IMG/VR virus record: IMGVR_UViG_3300046832_003565
Reading direction: 5' to 3' (one strand)
DNA: 64,000 nt
Source: an uncultured virus (IMG/VR IMGVR_UViG_3300046832_003565)
Taxonomy: Duplodnaviria > Heunggongvirae > Uroviricota > Caudoviricetes
A model generated the notes under the pieces. The model had not been told where the DNA came from. It saw nothing but the letters and a program-made list of their open reading frames with translations, and made no database searches. Of this stretch, positions 47,387 through 56,149 are shown in pieces (within the stretch, counting starts at the first letter, position 1; the number at the start of each line of letters is the position of its first letter). The position numbers and the translations under genes were made by a program.

Positions 47387-47881
47387 TTATTCTCCCTTTT
47401 TTTTGTCAGTGATTGGTCCGCCTGTCACCCAAGCATCGCAAGTTCTTTTTGATGCGCATTTGAATTTGAGGAATTTGCAGTAGCCAAGTTTTCCAGCTTT
47501 TATGGTTTCTGTGGCTTCTTCTCCTATGCCTTTTTCTATGCAATCAAGTGTTTTTGTTGTGATATCAAAAGCAGCACAGTTGCCACAAAGCATGTTCTTC
47601 ACTTCTGACAGCTCATCCACTTTCCACATATCCATTTTCTTTTTCCAGAATTTTTCATTTGGTTGTGATGGGTCAGCTGGTCCATATCCATCTTCATCAA
47701 TAGCTTTTTGTCTATTTTTTAGGTTTAATTTAATATCTTGTGTTGCTTCTGGACAGTCTTCTTCTTTTTCTGCTAATTTAGTCATTAAGAGATTAATTTC
47801 ATTAGCTAAAAGAACTTCGTGGCTGTTTTCAAAGCTTTCAGCTACATTTGCAAGTGAGGATAAGATTTGTCTTTTATTCAT
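47387..47881 (-). CDS. MNKRQ-tagged Cys-rich phage protein
   Basis: N-terminal tag, then CPEATQD..YGP..CGNCAAF..GYC..FKCA..RTCDAW. Confidence 0.75.
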   Translation of the reverse strand: MNKRQILSSLANVAESFENSHEVLLANEINLLMTKLAEKEEDCPEATQDIKLNLKNRQKAIDEDGYGPADPSQPNEKFWKKKMDMWKVDELSEVKNMLCGNCAAFDITTKTLDCIEKGIGEEATETIKAGKLGYCKFLKFKCASKRTCDAWVTGGPITDKKKGE

Positions 47882-47889
47882 GATTTTTT

Positions 47890-48357
47890 TTATAAATAAT
47901 ATAATGTGAAAACCAAGTCTTTTATTTGATTATATGAAAGCTTGTTTTTTCTGATATAATTGTCTGTCATATACATTAGATTAATACTTAATGTTTGAGA
48001 TTTTGGTTGTGGGCGACCTAAAGGATACATATCTTCAACTGATTCACGATATTCTTCTCTAGAATCTGGCTCAGAGAGATAATTTATCAAGGTGCCAGTT
48101 GCTCTTTTTACTTCTTTATCATTATAATCATCATTATTAATTATTCTCATCACTTCTTTATGAAAATCTTCATTGTGTTTTTCTGATTGAGTCTTTGGTT
48201 GAGTTGTTTCAACATTATATGGGTCATTTCCCATATCAAATTCATCAGCAAGTCTTGTCATAACTTTTGTGATTGTATTAGCTTCTACAAACAATAAAGC
48301 TGAATCTAATTCATTTGCTATCTTGTTTAAGGATGCTATAATTTGTCTTTTATTCAT
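47890..48357 (-). CDS. MNKRQIIASLNKIANELD-tagged protein
   Basis: N-terminus shared with neighbours. Confidence 0.7.
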   Translation of the reverse strand: MNKRQIIASLNKIANELDSALLFVEANTITKVMTRLADEFDMGNDPYNVETTQPKTQSEKHNEDFHKEVMRIINNDDYNDKEVKRATGTLINYLSEPDSREEYRESVEDMYPLGRPQPKSQTLSINLMYMTDNYIRKNKLSYNQIKDLVFTLYYL

Positions 48358-48372
48358 AATTTTCCTGAACGG

Positions 48373-48873
48373 TTATTCTGAAATTCCTTCAGACATCATA
48401 TCGATGATAGGTAGTAATTCAAATACAGATATATCATTTTCTTTTGAAAATTGTTTAATGAAACTTATTATCTCAAGAATTGTATCACCATATTCTTCGT
48501 ATATCATTGATGATTCAAAATTTTCTCTTGTAGATGTATTGAAGTTGAAATATCTAGGCATAAGACTGAGCACATATTTTTTACGATTTGAAGATCTAAT
48601 TCCTTCCAACATAGAATTTAAATTCTTAATGAAATTTTCTGAGTATTCTGTAGATCTTTTATAATTTTGTGGAAAATTCATTTTATTTTCAACAGGTTCC
48701 ATTAAAAGTCTATCTTCTTCTGTTCGTTTTATTTCTTCAGGGAATCTAGTGTATTCATCTTCAGCAAGTTTGATCATTACTGTTGTGATAGTGTTTGCTT
48801 CTTTGTAAAGATTATTGAAATCTAGTTCATTTGCTATCTTGTTTAAGGATGCTATAATTTGTCTTTTATTCAT
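48373..48873 (-). CDS. MNKRQIIASLNKIANELD-tagged protein
   Basis: Start moved to MNKRQ. Confidence 0.7.
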   Translation of the reverse strand: MNKRQIIASLNKIANELDFNNLYKEANTITTVMIKLAEDEYTRFPEEIKRTEEDRLLMEPVENKMNFPQNYKRSTEYSENFIKNLNSMLEGIRSSNRKKYVLSLMPRYFNFNTSTRENFESSMIYEEYGDTILEIISFIKQFSKENDISVFELLPIIDMMSEGISE

Positions 48874-48877
48874 GATT

Positions 48878-49372
48878 TTATTTAAGTGCACCAACGAAAT
48901 CTGTCATAACTTCATTTGGAAGACCATGTTCTTTTTGAAAATCATGTAAAAAATTAATCATTTTAAGAACTTCAGCATCCATATCTCTTTCCATATCAAG
49001 ACCTGGTTCATGATTTCTAGTTTTCCATTCATAAAGTTCTTTAATTTGTCTTTGATCAGCTGCATTATTATTCAAATAATTTTTTCCCATCATAATTACA
49101 AATGATCCGCTAGAGCCAGAAAGATAACCAAACATTTTGTTAAAATATTTTTCAAATATTTTAAATACACCCTCTAAATGTGTTCCTCTTGAAACATCCG
49201 CTTTTTGTTGTGGGGTTAGCAAACTATCTCTCCAATCCCCATCAGTGTCATCTATATTTTGAGCAAGTTTTGTCATTACTTTTGTGATTGTGTTTGCTTC
49301 TACAAACAATAATGCTGAGTCTAGTTCATTAGCAATCTTGTTTAAAGAAGCTATAATTTGTCTTTTATTCAT
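48878..49372 (-). CDS. MNKRQIIASLNKIANELD-tagged protein
   Basis: First ~34 aa identical to 47890..48357. Confidence 0.7.
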   Translation of the reverse strand: MNKRQIIASLNKIANELDSALLFVEANTITKVMTKLAQNIDDTDGDWRDSLLTPQQKADVSRGTHLEGVFKIFEKYFNKMFGYLSGSSGSFVIMMGKNYLNNNAADQRQIKELYEWKTRNHEPGLDMERDMDAEVLKMINFLHDFQKEHGLPNEVMTDFVGALK

Positions 49373-49429
49373 TGTTTTTCCTTAAAAGGTTTGATTGAAT
49401 AATTCTGTTTAGGAATTATCATTTCCTTC

Positions 49430-50341
49430 TTATCCTGCTATTCTTTTCATAAGATTTGTAACTGAGCTAGCTTGTTTATAAAGATTAGCTTCATCTAATG
49501 AGTTGGCTATTTTGTAAAGTTTATTGATTGTATATTTTGAGAATACTGATAATTCTTCTTCTTCTTCTTCTTTTGGTTTTAGATAGTTGTTTAATTCATC
49601 TCTAGCTTGGGGTTTTGATCTCCAGTTATCATTAAACATGTCTTGTTTTTCAAACATTTCAAGTTCAGAACTTTTTTGATAATCTATCCATTCATTTACA
49701 GCTTCTACATATGCTAAGAATTTAGGTGGTAATAATTCTTTAATTTCAAGAAGAGCTGGTACCACTTTATTTATTCTAGTGTTTGGATTATAAACAAATA
49801 ATCCTTTTAATTTTTTGAATTCTTTTTCCAATGATTCTACAAGTTCGTTTTCACCCTCTTGTAGAATTTTTTTGAAAACTTCTGGTGTTTCTTCAAAAGT
49901 ATAAGTATAGCGAATTGAATGTCTATCTTTTAGATATTTATCTAATTTTTTTACAAATTCTGAAGAAGTGGTAATCAGTTTAATAAAATCCATACTTACA
50001 ATAGAATCTTTTTTATAATCTTTAAGGACATCATCAAGAAACTCTTTGATATTCCATCCTAATGGATGCATAACAACACTTCTTAATGATCTTGGTAATG
50101 GTTTTCCATATCCAGCGAATTCTTGATATACTTTTTCCATTAAATTTTGTGGTGGTAATGGTTCTAGTTCATCTCTTTTAAGGTCATTTACGCCTGGATG
50201 GTCAAATCTTAATTTAGGTCCATTCCAAAGAATTGCTATTCTTATTAAATTGTCAATCTCTTCACTAAATTTGTATTGACCGCATTGATCAAGACTATTA
50301 GAGAGTTCATTGAGAGATGATATTATTTGACTGTTGTCCAT
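49430..50341 (-). CDS. Protein with the tag at both termini
   Basis: N: LNELSNSLDQCGQYKFSEEID; C: LYKIANSLDEANLYKQASSVT. Confidence 0.7.
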   Translation of the reverse strand: MDNSQIISSLNELSNSLDQCGQYKFSEEIDNLIRIAILWNGPKLRFDHPGVNDLKRDELEPLPPQNLMEKVYQEFAGYGKPLPRSLRSVVMHPLGWNIKEFLDDVLKDYKKDSIVSMDFIKLITTSSEFVKKLDKYLKDRHSIRYTYTFEETPEVFKKILQEGENELVESLEKEFKKLKGLFVYNPNTRINKVVPALLEIKELLPPKFLAYVEAVNEWIDYQKSSELEMFEKQDMFNDNWRSKPQARDELNNYLKPKEEEEEELSVFSKYTINKLYKIANSLDEANLYKQASSVTNLMKRIAG

Positions 50342-50370
50342 AAAAAGCCTGCATCTTTTATAAGAATATT

Positions 50371-50607
50371 ATGTTTACTATTTTCGGTATAGAGTTTATT
50401 ATTTATGCCTATTTTGCATATACAGCAAACAATTTTGAATCTTGGTTTTTATATAACTTTTGTTTGTGGGTAAGTGGGTATTATTGTTGGAAGTTTATTA
50501 ATGAAAAGAGAAAGAATTACAAATTAGCATATGTTTTCATGTCAAATATCATTTTGTCATTTATTTTGATTTGTAAGATATTTGACTTGTGGTATTCTAA
50601 TTTATAA
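50371..50607 (+). CDS. Small membrane protein
   Basis: Hydrophobic 78-aa ORF. Confidence 0.45.
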   Translation: MFTIFGIEFIIYAYFAYTANNFESWFLYNFCLWVSGYYCWKFINEKRKNYKLAYVFMSNIILSFILICKIFDLWYSNL

Positions 50608-50952
50608 TTACTTATTTGTGTGTCTTTCTTTGAGTTTTTCTTGGATATGTCTTTCGTCCACACCTTTGTTGGTTGAATCCACCATAAATCCCAAGGTTTT
50701 ATTATTTTTATTATATTGTCTTGAATATAAACCAGCTTGATCTAACAAGTTCTCAAAGAATTCATTATCAGGATCATTGAATTTTTTGTTTAGTGATTCT
50801 GTTATTGACTTGTTGATATTTTTATGTTGTTGTTCAAGTGCATCATTAATTGAAGAATATGTTTTATTAGTTCTCACTTCTTCCAATTGTGTTTCTTGAG
50901 CGTCGAGACGTTCTTTATTTTCTAGTAATGCTACTTTGATAAATTTATTCAT
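50608..50952 (-). CDS. Hypothetical protein
   Basis: GAGG RBS before MNKFIKVA. Confidence 0.55.
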   Translation of the reverse strand: MNKFIKVALLENKERLDAQETQLEEVRTNKTYSSINDALEQQHKNINKSITESLNKKFNDPDNEFFENLLDQAGLYSRQYNKNNKTLGFMVDSTNKGVDERHIQEKLKERHTNK

Positions 50953-50953
50953 T

Positions 50954-51535
50954 TTATTCCTCTGGTATTGGGTCTCCTGATTCTTCCATCTTTTGTCGAT
51001 CTCTATCAGCAAGAAGTCCTTCAAGATTTCTTAGTGGTTTCTTAATACCCTGAAGGTTATCATGCATTTTAATTGCCGTATTAGATCTTTGAGCAGCACG
51101 AGATATGATTTCATCTTTCAATTCATAGTAAGTGAAGGATTGTCCTAATATTGGAATATTGAGTTTATCTGCATTTTCAAAACTACCAATCATACTAATA
51201 GAAATTGGTTCTTTTAAATTTTTTATGGGCTTAGAAGTTTCTTCCAAATTTTGAAAAAAATCTCTCCATAAAAATTCAGAATTGTCCCATTGAAATCCCA
51301 TACTGTTCTTTCCCTTTAAGGAAAATTTATCAAAACCACTTGATAAATCTTGATCATCCCAATATTTACTCAAATTATTTATTAAGACATCTTGTTCTAT
51401 AGCACTGATCATAGCAAGTAATAAAGGCAACATGCTTTCTTTTTTCATCATTGCTGTGGTGATTTTGTCAGCTTCTCTATACATGCCTTTATGATCTAAA
51501 GTTCTTGCTATTTTTATTAAGTTATTTATATTCAT
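50954..51535 (-). CDS. Tagged hypothetical protein
   Basis: MNINNLIKIARTLDHKGMYREADKIT. Confidence 0.65.
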   Translation of the reverse strand: MNINNLIKIARTLDHKGMYREADKITTAMMKKESMLPLLLAMISAIEQDVLINNLSKYWDDQDLSSGFDKFSLKGKNSMGFQWDNSEFLWRDFFQNLEETSKPIKNLKEPISISMIGSFENADKLNIPILGQSFTYYELKDEIISRAAQRSNTAIKMHDNLQGIKKPLRNLEGLLADRDRQKMEESGDPIPEE

Positions 51536-51666
51536 ATTTGTTTCTTTGTTATGCAATTCCACTTATAATATATAGAATTTCTTTTGTATTAGGATTGTCA
51601 CCTTTTATTTGTTTTTAAGTATGCTGTATATAATCTATATTATTCTAAATATGAGGTACAGTTTTT

Positions 51667-51912
51667 ATGGAAAGAACTTTTGTTATTTTTGATGTTACTG
51701 AATTGGGTTTGATTGATTTTAGTCAAGTTTTGGAAACTAGCGCGGACACTGTTAGAAAATCTGTTGATGGTTTAAAAACATTTGTCAAATGGGATGGTCC
51801 CACTGCTCCACCTTGTATTGATGCTCTTACAACAAAAACTGATTTGTACACTTACGAAGAGATTTTAGCTATTCTTTCTGGTCCCGAGTGGACTAGCAAT
51901 CAAATGCCTTAA
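51667..51912 (+). CDS. Conserved small phage protein
   Basis: IDFSQVLETS..TVRKSVDG.KTFVKW..YT.EEIL..W pattern. Confidence 0.7.
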   Translation: MERTFVIFDVTELGLIDFSQVLETSADTVRKSVDGLKTFVKWDGPTAPPCIDALTTKTDLYTYEEILAILSGPEWTSNQMP

Positions 51913-52004
51913 TGTTTTTAAATCCTTATATTAAATAGTTCTTAATATTTCTCTCTTTTAAATTGGGAATAATATTTTGGTCCTAAATAAAAGGAAATAA
52001 AAAA

Positions 52005-52973
52005 ATGAAAAAAGCTTTTACTTTAATTGAATTACTTGTTGTCATCGCTATCATTGCGATTTTGGCAGCAATCCTCTTCCCTGTTTTTGCACAGGCTCGC
52101 GACAAGGCTCGTTCTGCTAGTTGTTTGTCTAATGAGAAGCAAATTGGTTTAGGTCTCATGATGTATACCCAAGATTATGATGAGACTTATCCAACTGCTT
52201 ATTTTTATAAGAACAATACAGCTACAACTAATGGTGGTTCTACTGGTGGTTATGTTCACTTTACAGCTATGATTCATCCTTATATCAAGAATGAGCAAGT
52301 GTGGGTATGTCCATCAGATCCAAACAAGGGTGTTCGTCCTGACAACCCACCATGTGCAAACTGGCTTGATTTAGTTACTCTTGGGTGTGAGGCACAGGTT
52401 CCTCGTCTTTCTTACATTCCAAACTCTGCTATTCTTCCCCGCAAGCGTGGTCCACAAGATGCTCCTAACATTGTTTCAATTGCTGCAGTAGATGCACCAG
52501 CAGATGTAATTGCGATTGCAGAAATGACCAGCAACCTCAACTGTATCCTTCTTGGTTCAAGTGGTCAGACAAACGTAGAAAAGCGTAACAAATCTCACAG
52601 ACCAGTTAACGCCATGATGCGTACAGCAAGTGGCGGTCAGTGGGCTGGACAGAACTTTGCAGATGCAACAGGTCCAATCTTTGCAATCACAAAGTTTGAA
52701 GCTGAAGGCGCTCTTGGTTGGGGTGGTGGATCGGACACTACTAGTGCAAATGGCACAGGTGGATGCAGATCGGTATCTGCAGACACAGGCTATCACACCC
52801 GCTTTATGGAACCAGGTCGCCATACTGGTGGAAGCAATTATGTCTTTGCTGATGGTCATGCAAAATTCTTCAAGTTTGATACAACAATCAACCCAAACAA
52901 CTTCTTATGGGGTAAGAGCTACTACCCAACAGGTCAGCAGATTCTTGATCAAGCTGGATTTCCAGTAAGATAA
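52005..52973 (+). CDS. Prepilin-type N-methylation / DUF1559 / H-X9-DG protein
   Basis: [48 protein letters not shown] and [16 protein letters not shown]. Confidence 0.92.
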   Translation: MKKAFTLIELLVVIAIIAILAAILFPVFAQARDKARSASCLSNEKQIGLGLMMYTQDYDETYPTAYFYKNNTATTNGGSTGGYVHFTAMIHPYIKNEQVWVCPSDPNKGVRPDNPPCANWLDLVTLGCEAQVPRLSYIPNSAILPRKRGPQDAPNIVSIAAVDAPADVIAIAEMTSNLNCILLGSSGQTNVEKRNKSHRPVNAMMRTASGGQWAGQNFADATGPIFAITKFEAEGALGWGGGSDTTSANGTGGCRSVSADTGYHTRFMEPGRHTGGSNYVFADGHAKFFKFDTTINPNNFLWGKSYYPTGQQILDQAGFPVR

Positions 52974-53040
52974 GGAATGGTTAGACATAAAAAAAGATGC
53001 GCCAAAACAGCGCATCTTTTTTTTGTTAACCATTCCGAGA

Positions 53041-53388
53041 TTATCTTGGTTTTACAGAATCAAGATTAGACTTAAGATTGAAAGCCCAAGTTTCAGCAAG
53101 TTTCTTTGGTGCTGTTTTATGGAACATTGAGTCTGTAGAAGTAACAGTTACAAATACATTATCTTTCACTGTTACGCACCAGGCTCCATTAACTTTCTTA
53201 GTTGAGACATCATCTGATTTTGCATCTGAAGAAAGAACATCTCTTAATCTATCGTAAACATGATCCACTCTGTTTGTGCCAGTGAGAGTGAAGTATTTAG
53301 CTCCAGAAAATTTGAATTGTTCAAACTTAATTACAGAATGAATTGTTGTTGCATTTAATAATACAATAAAAGGGATTAAGATTTTCAT
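53041..53388 (-). CDS. Exported hypothetical protein
   Basis: Signal-like N-terminus; GAGG RBS. Confidence 0.55.
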   Translation of the reverse strand: MKILIPFIVLLNATTIHSVIKFEQFKFSGAKYFTLTGTNRVDHVYDRLRDVLSSDAKSDDVSTKKVNGAWCVTVKDNVFVTVTSTDSMFHKTAPKKLAETWAFNLKSNLDSVKPR

Positions 53389-53425
53389 TTTTTTACCTCA
53401 ATATTATTATACCATGAGATTATCT

Positions 53426-54358
53426 TCATCTACCACCACCTCTACTACCAAAAAAGCCACCATAACTTTTAGAGTCATCAGAAGAATCACTACCGAATAA
53501 GCCACCATTATCAGTTCCTATTTGCTCCACCGATAATATGTATATACCCTTGGTGCCTGGAACAAAATAATCGCCTACGTTCAACACTGAGAATTCATCA
53601 ACAAATTCCCCGTTATAAGCTAAAGTTGAATCAGCTTGTTTCGATAATATCCATTTTTCATCTTTAAATTGGATAACGCAATTAAAATCAGTAACGGACT
53701 CATCTTCTAAGACTATAGAACATTTTGGATTACTGCCAATAATATTTATTCTATTAACAAGTGTGATAGATTCAGCTGGCGAATATTCTTTACCACTTAC
53801 TTTAATTGTAATTGGTGGGATATTCTCAGCAGGTTCTTTCGATGTATCTGAATTAGTTGTAGATGTTGTTTCGCCACTTGATGTAGTTTCGGTTGTAGCT
53901 GATGTTTCACCAGAACTTGAATCAGTTGATGGAACAGTACCAACAGCAGATGATGATTCTTCAGTTTTAGCTGTAGATTCACTTGAAGGAGTAGAAGAAG
54001 ATTCATTTTCAAAATAATTAACTAAATATTCAAATACTCTGTAAAAATATGTTTGTATTTTTTCACCAGTGTTAGAATTTGAATTGTCACTATATTCAGC
54101 TGGAGATTTAGTTGAATCTAATTTTATTGGTAATTGTGAGTCAATATTATAAATTGATTTTAATTTGGTTCCTGCTCTTTTTAAATTTGTATATACCTTT
54201 AATTTTTTTACATCATCTAAGCTTTGCAGTTTTGTAAACAAACCAGAATAATCTAATGCTGGGGGTGCTACAATTTCTGGCTCTGGTGTAGGATCTTCAG
54301 CAAATCTAAAATTTTGATTTCTATATGCTTCTATAATAAGTTGTGAAAATTTGTCCAT
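53426..54358 (-). CDS. FHA-like domain protein with Ser/Thr-rich linker
   Basis: IIGSNPKCSIVLEDESV..W.L..T..NG..L..GD; canonical phospho-binding R/S/H residues look degenerate. Confidence 0.6.
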   Translation of the reverse strand: MDKFSQLIIEAYRNQNFRFAEDPTPEPEIVAPPALDYSGLFTKLQSLDDVKKLKVYTNLKRAGTKLKSIYNIDSQLPIKLDSTKSPAEYSDNSNSNTGEKIQTYFYRVFEYLVNYFENESSSTPSSESTAKTEESSSAVGTVPSTDSSSGETSATTETTSSGETTSTTNSDTSKEPAENIPPITIKVSGKEYSPAESITLVNRINIIGSNPKCSIVLEDESVTDFNCVIQFKDEKWILSKQADSTLAYNGEFVDEFSVLNVGDYFVPGTKGIYILSVEQIGTDNGGLFGSDSSDDSKSYGGFFGSRGGGR

Positions 54359-54375
54359 AGATTTGCCTTAAAAAA

Positions 54376-54549
54376 TTACTTTCCTCTACTACCACTTCTT
54401 CTAATGTTTGGTTTCATTGCATTAGAATTTGCCTTTTTGTTTGTATTTTGATTGTTGTCTAGTGGTGTAGCTTTATCACCAAGATTGTTTTGAAATTTAG
54501 ACAAGAGATTTTCTTGTTCAGGCGATAATAAAGATTTTCTTTTTTCCAT
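54376..54549 (-). CDS. Small basic protein (57 aa, not in ORF track)
   Basis: MEKRKSLLSPEQ...IRRSGSRGK; starts right after the lysozyme stop, AAGGA RBS. Confidence 0.5.
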   Translation of the reverse strand: MEKRKSLLSPEQENLLSKFQNNLGDKATPLDNNQNTNKKANSNAMKPNIRRSGSRGK

Positions 54550-55293
54550 TTATTTTCCTTTAAATTTTTTCATCACTTTTCTCACTCTACTGTTCCAGCC
54601 TTTTCCAAATTTATCAGCATCTTCATCAGTTTTCAGTCTATAAATTTGTTTATTTGCTATTGCTGTGGCTAGTTTTATATCTCCGTTGACAGTGAGTCTT
54701 TTTATTTTGTTTATAGTGTCAGAACCCATAATTCCATCCACTTTTAAACCTAATAATTTTTGTACAAGTCTTATCGAATCTTGTGGACCATCAAGAAGAG
54801 CTTGTGAAAGCATAATGTGCGCAACATTTGGTGGTAGTTGATCTCCTTTTATAATGTTCCAATATTCTTCTTTGTAAATTTGATCTGCTTCTTGTCTTGT
54901 TATCTTATAAACATCTTTGAGTGGTTTATTGTGTTTTTTATTCCAATTGTTATAGGTATATTGTGTGATACCTAAATTTGTTTTACCGCCTTTATCATAA
55001 GATAAATTAGATTTTCCGCCTTCAAGTTCTACTAGGTTATTTATTATATTTTTGAAATTGTTTGGTTTTGAAGAATTAGAAGTTGGCGCACTTGGTTTTG
55101 GAACTACGGGTTTGGGTTTTGGGATTATAGGTTCTGTTGATTCTGGTTTAGTGACAGGTTTTATTACAGGTTTTGTTGTTTTTTTAAGCTGAGTTTTTTT
55201 TGCTTTTTCCTCAAGCATTTTATTATATTTCTCAGCATCTAAATTAAATTGATCAACATCAGACATTTGAGCTATAACTGTTCTGTACCACAT
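54550..55293 (-). CDS. GH108 lysozyme with PG-binding motif, MWY-tagged
   Basis: LEGG..DKGGKTNLGIT..IYKEEYW..VDGIMG..T..FGKGW. Confidence 0.88.
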   Translation of the reverse strand: MWYRTVIAQMSDVDQFNLDAEKYNKMLEEKAKKTQLKKTTKPVIKPVTKPESTEPIIPKPKPVVPKPSAPTSNSSKPNNFKNIINNLVELEGGKSNLSYDKGGKTNLGITQYTYNNWNKKHNKPLKDVYKITRQEADQIYKEEYWNIIKGDQLPPNVAHIMLSQALLDGPQDSIRLVQKLLGLKVDGIMGSDTINKIKRLTVNGDIKLATAIANKQIYRLKTDEDADKFGKGWNSRVRKVMKKFKGK

Positions 55294-55341
55294 ACATATA
55301 TTTTTTGTATGTTAAAAAGAAAAACCCTTTGTTCAAGGGTT

Positions 55342-55710
55342 TTACAAGAAGCTCAAATAGTTATTTATTTTTTGGACAATATCGCAAGAAGAATCATAGA
55401 AATCATTATTTGTATGTTCAAGTTCCAAATCAAGTCTTAAGTCTTTTATTATATTTTGCAAATTGTAATCGTGATTTATAATGTTATTTTTTGGCATCCA
55501 GAAATTATTTTTGTTTAGTTCATAATCTATATCGTCTAATATTTTACATTCATCAACAAAGTCTTTAACTTCATCGTTGAAGTTCATTTTTATTTTACTA
55601 AGTCTTTGAGATTCTAATAATGCATTGAAATCATCTTCGCAAAATGATCTATTGTTATAAACCATACATTCTACAAAAACATAAAAAAACCAATAACTTT
55701 TATCTTGCAT
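55342..55710 (-). CDS. Hypothetical protein
   Basis: 122-aa ORF. Confidence 0.5.
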   Translation of the reverse strand: MQDKSYWFFYVFVECMVYNNRSFCEDDFNALLESQRLSKIKMNFNDEVKDFVDECKILDDIDYELNKNNFWMPKNNIINHDYNLQNIIKDLRLDLELEHTNNDFYDSSCDIVQKINNYLSFL

Positions 55711-55771
55711 AGTCTATTATAGCCTTATTTTAAGAAAAATAAATTCTGAATTTGACTTGTATAAATTCATG

Positions 55772-56140
55772 ATGCAAAAGACATCTTGTATTGTAAATAA
55801 ACCTTTTTCAGCAAATCAAATGTATGTTCCAATTGCTCGTGGAAAAATGGTGAAATCTAAGAAATACAATGCATGGATTGAGAAAAATCTTCCAATACTA
55901 ATAAATGACATGTTGCCTGCAAAACAGTTTCCAGTGAATGTTGAATTGCTTGTTATGGCTAATCATTTATGGAGACAAAAAAACGATATTGATAATTTAG
56001 CAAAACCATTAATTGATCTTTTAGTGAGAGCTGAAATATTTCCAGATGATACATCAAGATACATTGAAAATGTTCATGTAAGATATTTATATATTTCAGG
56101 AGATCCTTTGGTAAGAATTTCTTATGAGCCTGTAGAATAA
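55772..56140 (+). CDS. rusA: RusA-like Holliday junction resolvase
   Basis: P.SAN.MY, DIDNLAKPLIDLL..DD motif. Confidence 0.8.
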   Translation: MQKTSCIVNKPFSANQMYVPIARGKMVKSKKYNAWIEKNLPILINDMLPAKQFPVNVELLVMANHLWRQKNDIDNLAKPLIDLLVRAEIFPDDTSRYIENVHVRYLYISGDPLVRISYEPVE

Positions 56141-56149
56141 AAACATATC

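Noticed and set aside
52005..53388. Window is a bacterial chromosome or prophage border
   Set aside because: The host-like genes are isolated between tagged phage genes, with no bacterial core operon or integrase
54376..54549. Pup/UBact-like modifier
   Set aside because: C-terminus RSGSRGK lacks the terminal GG[EQ] or R[TS]G[EQ], and no ligase is present
55772..56140. RusA as the dedicated recombinase of the palindromic elements
   Set aside because: RusA is common in phages and lies 10 kb away; nothing in the sequence links it to the elements
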